Source: Nitrospinota bacterium (GTDB lineage Bacteria; Nitrospinota_A; UBA7883; JACRGQ01). From it: 64,000 nt of DNA. Positions 59,007-64,000 of this stretch are shown in pieces (position 1 is the first letter of the stretch; the number at the start of each line of letters is the position of its first letter). The stretch spans positions 671-64,670 of the forward strand of contig JACQEX010000074.1 in assembly GCA_016200345.1 (NCBI GenBank), written 5' to 3'. Made by a program: the position numbers and the translations under genes. Under the pieces are notes generated by a model, which did not search any database, had not been told where the DNA came from, and was given only the letters and a program-made list of their open reading frames with translations.

Positions 59007-59759
59007 CTAATTCACCGCGTGTTGGCGGTCGGTGGAGTAAAAACTCCACAGTCCGCTTTTGTCCAGTAGCACTTTTATATTCTGCCTGGGGTTTGTAATC
59101 TCGAGCCTGCTTGAATTGTCCAGTTCCGACATTATTTTTCCAAAAAACATCATTAGGCCTATGCCGACGGGGTCAATGTTTCCCACGCCGGCCAGGTCGA
59201 ACCTGAACTTTGCCAGACCCCGCTCCAACATATCTATAAGAATTCGCCTGATTGTTTCGGCGGAATCCCGCGTGACGTCCCCCTGCGGGGCGATCTCAAC
59301 CCAATTGTCTTTAACGGAGACCTTGTGAGACGCCTGGGAGACGCCAAATTTGGCGGAGATGTTTTCCCCCGACTTAAAGGCGGATTTTGCAAGAATGGCT
59401 CTTGCCCTTTTCACAAGATCGTCCAACGGGAACGGTTTGTTCACATAATCGGAGCAGACCTCGCGAAGAAGGTGGACGACCAGTTCTTTGTCGCGAAACC
59501 CGGACATGACGATAAAAGGAATCGCAATCCCCGCGCCTCCGAGGGCGGAAATAAGCTCCAGCCCGTTCATCACCGGCATTTGGATGTCCAATACAAGAAG
59601 GTCGAACGACCGGGTTTCTTTGTGGGCCGATTGAATTTTTTCGAAGGCCTCCAACCCGTTTTCCGCGGTGGTCACGACGTAGCCGGAGGCGGAAAGATAA
59701 CTTTCCAACCCCTTCAAAAGTTTTCTTTCATCGTCAACCAGAATTATATTATTGCCCAT
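59007..59759 (-). CDS. response regulator with C-terminal STAS-like (anti-sigma-antagonist-type) output domain
   Basis: Receiver ILVDDE…LVLDIQMP…VMSGF. The C-terminal ~100 aa resemble STAS (…GNIDPVGIGLMMFF…). Confidence 0.65.
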   Translation of the reverse strand: MGNNIILVDDERKLLKGLESYLSASGYVVTTAENGLEAFEKIQSAHKETRSFDLLVLDIQMPVMNGLELISALGGAGIAIPFIVMSGFRDKELVVHLLREVCSDYVNKPFPLDDLVKRARAILAKSAFKSGENISAKFGVSQASHKVSVKDNWVEIAPQGDVTRDSAETIRRILIDMLERGLAKFRFDLAGVGNIDPVGIGLMMFFGKIMSELDNSSRLEITNPRQNIKVLLDKSGLWSFYSTDRQHAVN

Positions 59760-59797
59760 AACCGTGACGCGAAACCCCCAGCAATCTCAACTTTATT

Positions 59798-60151
59798 TTA
59801 TATGGACGATATGGCCTGTTCTTCGTTGTCAAAAATCGGAAAAAGTTTGTTCAAGCCTATCGTGTATACGACTTCCTTTATCTCGCCTTCGTGCGCGATT
59901 ATTCCAAACGCTCCCTTTTTTAAAAGCACCGTTTTATAGATGGAAACAATCGTCCCCAGCCCGCTGGAATCCACGGTTTTAGCCTTTGAAAGATCCACTA
60001 GAAACTTGGGCGTCTCGGCCGCAGAGACCGCCTTTTTCATTGCCTCGCGAATGTCGCCCAAATTGTGAAACGTGAAGCCCCCAGATATGACGAATATGTT
60101 GACGCCTTTTTCAACTTTTGTCTCAAATTTCATTTCCCACGATCCTCCCAA
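59798..60151 (-). CDS. STAS-domain protein (anti-sigma factor antagonist-like)
   Basis: …LVDLSKAKTVDSSGLGTIVSIYK… is the SpoIIAA-like signature. Likely start is the ATG at about 60133 (MKFETKV…). Confidence 0.7.
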   Translation of the reverse strand: MGGSWEMKFETKVEKGVNIFVISGGFTFHNLGDIREAMKKAVSAAETPKFLVDLSKAKTVDSSGLGTIVSIYKTVLLKKGAFGIIAHEGEIKEVVYTIGLNKLFPIFDNEEQAISSI

Positions 60152-60205
60152 TTATTAACCTACAAATCCGATTGTATCACAACATGATGGGATAACAACC
60201 CGGCA

Positions 60206-62119
60206 TTAGTCGTCCGTCGCTTCCACCTTAAATTTCGACACAAACTCCCGCAACTGGCCGGCGATTGTAGCAAGTTCGCCGGAAGAGGCGCTTACCCTGT
60301 TAATGCCGGTGTTGTTTTCCGACACGGCCCGCGTAATACTGCCGATGCTGGAGGAGACCTCCGACGCGCCTTTGGCGGCCTGGCCGGCGTTAGCGGACAT
60401 TTCGCCGGTTCCCTTGGCGACCTCGGATATCGCCACGGCGATGTCGTTCGCGCCTTTGGTGACGTCGGCCACGTTTTTGGAAATCTCGTTGGTGGACTCC
60501 TTTTGGTCCCCCACCGCCTCGGTGATGACGACGACGGATTTATTAATCCGACCTATGACCCCCGACACGTCCGTAATGACGTTCATTGCGTTTGTGGCGC
60601 TCCCCTGCACCCCGCCGATTTTCTGGGCGATTTCCTCGGCGGCGCGGGCGCTTTGGTTTGCAAGCTCTTTAATCTCGTTCGCAACGACGGCAAACCCCTT
60701 GCCAGCGTCGCCGGCGGACGCGGCCTCAATAGTGGCGTTCAACGCCAGAAGGTTCGTCTGCTCGGCTATACGTTTTATCATTTCCGTGACCTTGCCGATT
60801 TCCTTTGCCGACGCGCCGAGCGAAAGCATCGTGTCGCCGGCAATTTTGGAGAGCCTCATGGCGTCCTCCGCCACCTTGGTGGTCTCGTCCGTATTTTTTG
60901 CAATTTCAACGATGCTGTGCGACATGACCTCGATGGCGTTGGCAATGGCCTTCATGTTGGCGGACATCTGCTCGGCGGTTCTGGCCACACCGTTTGCGTT
61001 TACGCTGGCCTGCTTGATTCCCGCCGCCATGGAGGTGATGGTCGCCGACATCTGTTCCGTGGCGGAGGCTACGCCGGACGCCTGGTCCGTCATATCGCTG
61101 GAGCTTTCGGAAAGTTTGCCGGAAACCGAGGAAAGCTCGTCCGCCGAGGCGGCAAGCGACTTAGAGTTGTTTGTGATGTTGACGAACATGACCCTCAAGC
61201 CGCCGACCATCTCATTCACCGAGCCGCCAAGCTCGCCAATCTCGTCGTTGCCTTCAATCGGAACCTCGCGCGTTAAATCCCCGTCGGCTATCTCCTTAAT
61301 CACGTTCTTGGTGTTTCTAACGGTGCGGGTAAGGGCCAAAACGATGAACACCGCGACGGCGATGGCGGCCAAAACACCGACCAAGATGGTGAGCGCCATC
61401 TCGAACTTGGCCTTTTTATAGGTCAGCGCGCCTTGTTCGGTGGCCTCGTCCCACAACTTTTGATAGCGCGTCTCGAGCGTCTTGAGCACCGCCTTTGCGT
61501 CGTCCCTAAGTTTGCCGTTGTCGTCAATTGATATGTGGACGGCATTCATGTAGTCCGTCCGCATTTTTTTTGTTTCGGGTGTGTTGGCGTTGGACGTGAC
61601 AATATTCACGTCCAAATCGTTGCAGATTGTGAATACGTTCGCCACGCCGGTGGAATAAAGCGCGTACTTGGCCAGAAAATCCCCCCACAGTTTTTTTTCC
61701 TCGCCGTTGGACAACTCCATGGCCCTTGCGACCGCCTTCTTAAGCTTGTCATCGGCCTTGTCCTGTTTTTTCCACCAGTTGAAGTTGTTGTTTACGTCGT
61801 ATTCCACCATGAAGTTTTTCTCGTAGCCCATTATCTCCATCAACGTCCCGTTTACCTCGCCAGTCAACAGCAACTGTTCGCTCAAGTTCCTTCCATATTG
61901 GATTTTTTCGTACATCTCGCCAAGTTTGGACAGGCCAAGGCCGCTGATTACGGCCGTGGAAACGATAAATATCACGCTCAACAATGCAAGTTTGGCGGAA
62001 AGGCGCATATTTTTAAGCCTAAACCTGGACAAACCGCCGGACGAAGGCCGAACCTTGTTGTTCTCAAATTTTTTAATCCCCGTAACAGAACTCATTGTCA
62101 TCCCCCTTGTGCCAGCCAA
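60206..62119 (-). CDS. methyl-accepting chemotaxis protein
   Basis: TM-sensor-TM-HAMP architecture and MA domain (…[35 protein letters not shown]…). Confidence 0.9.
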   Translation of the reverse strand: MAGTRGMTMSSVTGIKKFENNKVRPSSGGLSRFRLKNMRLSAKLALLSVIFIVSTAVISGLGLSKLGEMYEKIQYGRNLSEQLLLTGEVNGTLMEIMGYEKNFMVEYDVNNNFNWWKKQDKADDKLKKAVARAMELSNGEEKKLWGDFLAKYALYSTGVANVFTICNDLDVNIVTSNANTPETKKMRTDYMNAVHISIDDNGKLRDDAKAVLKTLETRYQKLWDEATEQGALTYKKAKFEMALTILVGVLAAIAVAVFIVLALTRTVRNTKNVIKEIADGDLTREVPIEGNDEIGELGGSVNEMVGGLRVMFVNITNNSKSLAASADELSSVSGKLSESSSDMTDQASGVASATEQMSATITSMAAGIKQASVNANGVARTAEQMSANMKAIANAIEVMSHSIVEIAKNTDETTKVAEDAMRLSKIAGDTMLSLGASAKEIGKVTEMIKRIAEQTNLLALNATIEAASAGDAGKGFAVVANEIKELANQSARAAEEIAQKIGGVQGSATNAMNVITDVSGVIGRINKSVVVITEAVGDQKESTNEISKNVADVTKGANDIAVAISEVAKGTGEMSANAGQAAKGASEVSSSIGSITRAVSENNTGINRVSASSGELATIAGQLREFVSKFKVEATDD

Positions 62120-62245
62120 TTTTAACGGAGTCCAATCACTAAGTTTCCCCGTATCTACCGTCCCCAGACTTTATGCGTCCGCAAAGCAATAGTCAAGCCC
62201 GCATTGCAACTTGACGTATGGGCAACGAGGTATTAGTTTGTAAGC

Positions 62246-64000
62246 ATGGACAAAGTTACAATGGGCGTATCCGGAATGACCTGCGCCGCCTGCGTTGGGG
62301 CCATCGAGCGATCCGTCTCCAAGGTGGAAGGGGTCTCCGCCGTGGCCGTAAACCTCGTGACGGAAAAAATGACCGTCTCCGGCGACGGGTTCAATCGGGA
62401 GAATATCGTCTCGGCCGTTAGAAAGGCCGGGTATGACATCGTCGCCCCCAAGGAGGACGAGCCTTCCTCCCCTCCCCTTGTCTCGACACCGGGGTTTAAC
62501 CTTTTTCTTTCGTTTTTTTTCCTTGTTCCGCTTGCGTACCTTTCAATGGGTTCCATGCTGGGGCTCCCGCAGTTGAACATTTTGGACATGGATTCCAATC
62601 CTCTTAATTTCGCGCTCGCCCAGTTTCTCGTGTCAATTCCCATTCTCTTCGCCGGACGCAGGTTCTTCACCTCGGGCATACCGGCGGCGCGACATCTCTC
62701 TCCGAACATGGACACGCTTGTCTCGATGGGCGCCGCTACCGCTGTGGCTTATTCCCTCTACGGGACGGTTAGGATTTGGCTCGGCGACGTTCATTTCGTC
62801 CACGAACTTTATTATGAGTCCGCCGGATTTATTATTTCGCTCGTTCTGGTCGGCAAATATCTGGAGTCGGCGGCAAAACAACGCACGTCCTCGGCCATAA
62901 AATCGCTTTTAAAACTCGCGCCTGAAATCGCCACGCTTGTGGAAGACGGCAAGACGCGCGAAATCCCGACGAAAGACGTCCATCCGGGAGATGTTTTGCT
63001 TGTGAAGCCGGGCGGTAGAATTCCGGTGGACGGCGAATTGACCAAGGGCGCGACCGAGGTTGACGAATCCATGATTACCGGCGAAAGCATGCCGGTGGCA
63101 AAAAATGACGGCTCGAAATTAATCGGAGGCTCCGTGAACGGCGAAAGGGCCTTTGAGATGCGCGCCGAAAAGGTCGGGGCCGAGACGGTTCTGGCGCGAA
63201 TCGTAAAATTGGTTGAGGAGGCGCAAGGCTCCAAGGCGCCCATATCGGCGATGGCGGACCGAGTTTCGACCGTGTTCGTGCCAGTCGTAATAGCGTTTGC
63301 CTTGCTGGCCTCCCTTGCGTGGCTCGCCGCCGGAAAGCCGACTGATTTCGTTCTTACGGTTTTCATTTCGGTCTTAATAATCGCGTGCCCGTGCGCCCTG
63401 GGCCTTGCCACCCCTATGGCCGTCATGGTCGCCACCGGACGGGGCGCCGACTTTGGAGTTCTTGTAAAGACCGCCTCGGCCCTTGAAATGGCCGGGCGCG
63501 TTGACTGCGTGGTGCTCGACAAGACCGGCACCATAACAAAAGGGAAACCCTGCGTTGATTCGGTCACTCCGTTTAACGGCTTTGGCGAGGCCGAGATTTT
63601 GGAATACTCCGCCGCGGTCGAGGCCGGTTCCGAACACCCTCTTGCAAAGGCGATACTTGGCCTGGCCGAATCGCGCGGGATATCGTTCAAGGTGGCGGAA
63701 AAGGTAGCCTCCGACCCCGGATTCGGCGTGAGCGGCCGCTACGGCGGCAAAACAATATTGCTTGGCAATTCACGGTGCATGGAAAAAAACGGCGTTGACG
63801 TCTCACTGGGCAGGGGGTTTTCGGAATCCGCCTACTTCAGGGGAGGCGTTGCGCTATTCCTCGCGGTTGACGGAAGGCTTGCGTCCGTCATCGGCGCCTC
63901 CGACGAGGTGAAGGAGTCGAGCGCCGAAGGGGTGGCGCTCCTAAATAAAATGGGGTTGGAGACGGTGATGATAACGGGGGACGCGACCTCATCGGCCGAG
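62246..64000 (+). CDS. copA: copper-translocating P-type ATPase (partial, continues beyond window)
   Basis: Not in the ORF track because no stop occurs before the window end. N-terminal HMA domain GMTCAACVGAIE, CPC transmembrane motif, DKTGT phosphorylation site, all in one frame from the ATG at about 62246. Confidence 0.85.
   Translation, partial: MDKVTMGVSGMTCAACVGAIERSVSKVEGVSAVAVNLVTEKMTVSGDGFNRENIVSAVRKAGYDIVAPKEDEPSSPPLVSTPGFNLFLSFFFLVPLAYLSMGSMLGLPQLNILDMDSNPLNFALAQFLVSIPILFAGRRFFTSGIPAARHLSPNMDTLVSMGAATAVAYSLYGTVRIWLGDVHFVHELYYESAGFIISLVLVGKYLESAAKQRTSSAIKSLLKLAPEIATLVEDGKTREIPTKDVHPGDVLLVKPGGRIPVDGELTKGATEVDESMITGESMPVAKNDGSKLIGGSVNGERAFEMRAEKVGAETVLARIVKLVEEAQGSKAPISAMADRVSTVFVPVVIAFALLASLAWLAAGKPTDFVLTVFISVLIIACPCALGLATPMAVMVATGRGADFGVLVKTASALEMAGRVDCVVLDKTGTITKGKPCVDSVTPFNGFGEAEILEYSAAVEAGSEHPLAKAILGLAESRGISFKVAEKVASDPGFGVSGRYGGKTILLGNSRCMEKNGVDVSLGRGFSESAYFRGGVALFLAVDGRLASVIGASDEVKESSAEGVALLNKMGLETVMITGDATSSAE

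Noticed and set aside
62211-62245. MerR/CueR-type operator in the copA promoter region
   Set aside because: A TTGACG -35 is present but no 19-20-bp spaced dyad characteristic of MerR-family operators could be seen. Left unannotated.
62233-63690. Minus-strand ORFs 62233..62715 and 62812..63690 (292 aa) and the short + ORF 62218..62421
   Set aside because: They lie antisense to, or out of frame within, the clearly conserved copA reading frame (HMA, CPC, DKTGT motifs). These are typical high-GC shadow ORFs.

Overview
High-GC (about 58-62%) bacterial chromosomal segment, mostly housekeeping and respiratory genes on both strands, with several small low-GC accessory islets and two families of conserved non-coding repeat elements. 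Recognisable core genes: tgt, a CHAD protein, glutamate synthase gltBD, glycogen phosphorylase, flagellar fliD-fliS, an ADP-forming acyl-CoA synthetase followed by a CoA-transferase::GNAT fusion, lexA, tRNA-Val, a complete alternative complex III (actA-B1-B2-C-D-E), cobO/cbiE, leuS, pal-cpoB-ppiD, xerD and a partial copA at the window end. Signalling genes are abundant: two MCPs, four PAS/GAF histidine kinases, and a REC-STAS/STAS partner-switching pair. Most notable are: (i) a multi-hairpin structured element present at 8871-8972 and 43700-43764, the latter followed by a 117-bp tandem array, each beside a paralogous TPR-protein plus hybrid histidine kinase gene pair; (ii) a palindromic composite repeat upstream of gltB, with a second partial copy between lexA and tRNA-Val; (iii) a 131-nt direct duplication of the tRNA-Val 3' end and its terminator, next to a low-GC islet carrying an MNT/HEPN toxin-antitoxin pair whose HEPN gene is truncated by a 19-bp tandem duplication; (iv) gene remnants (MFS transporter, brnT). 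Coordinates of non-ORF features were counted by hand and may be off by 1-2 nt. No database search could be run, so all family assignments rest on motifs read from the translations.
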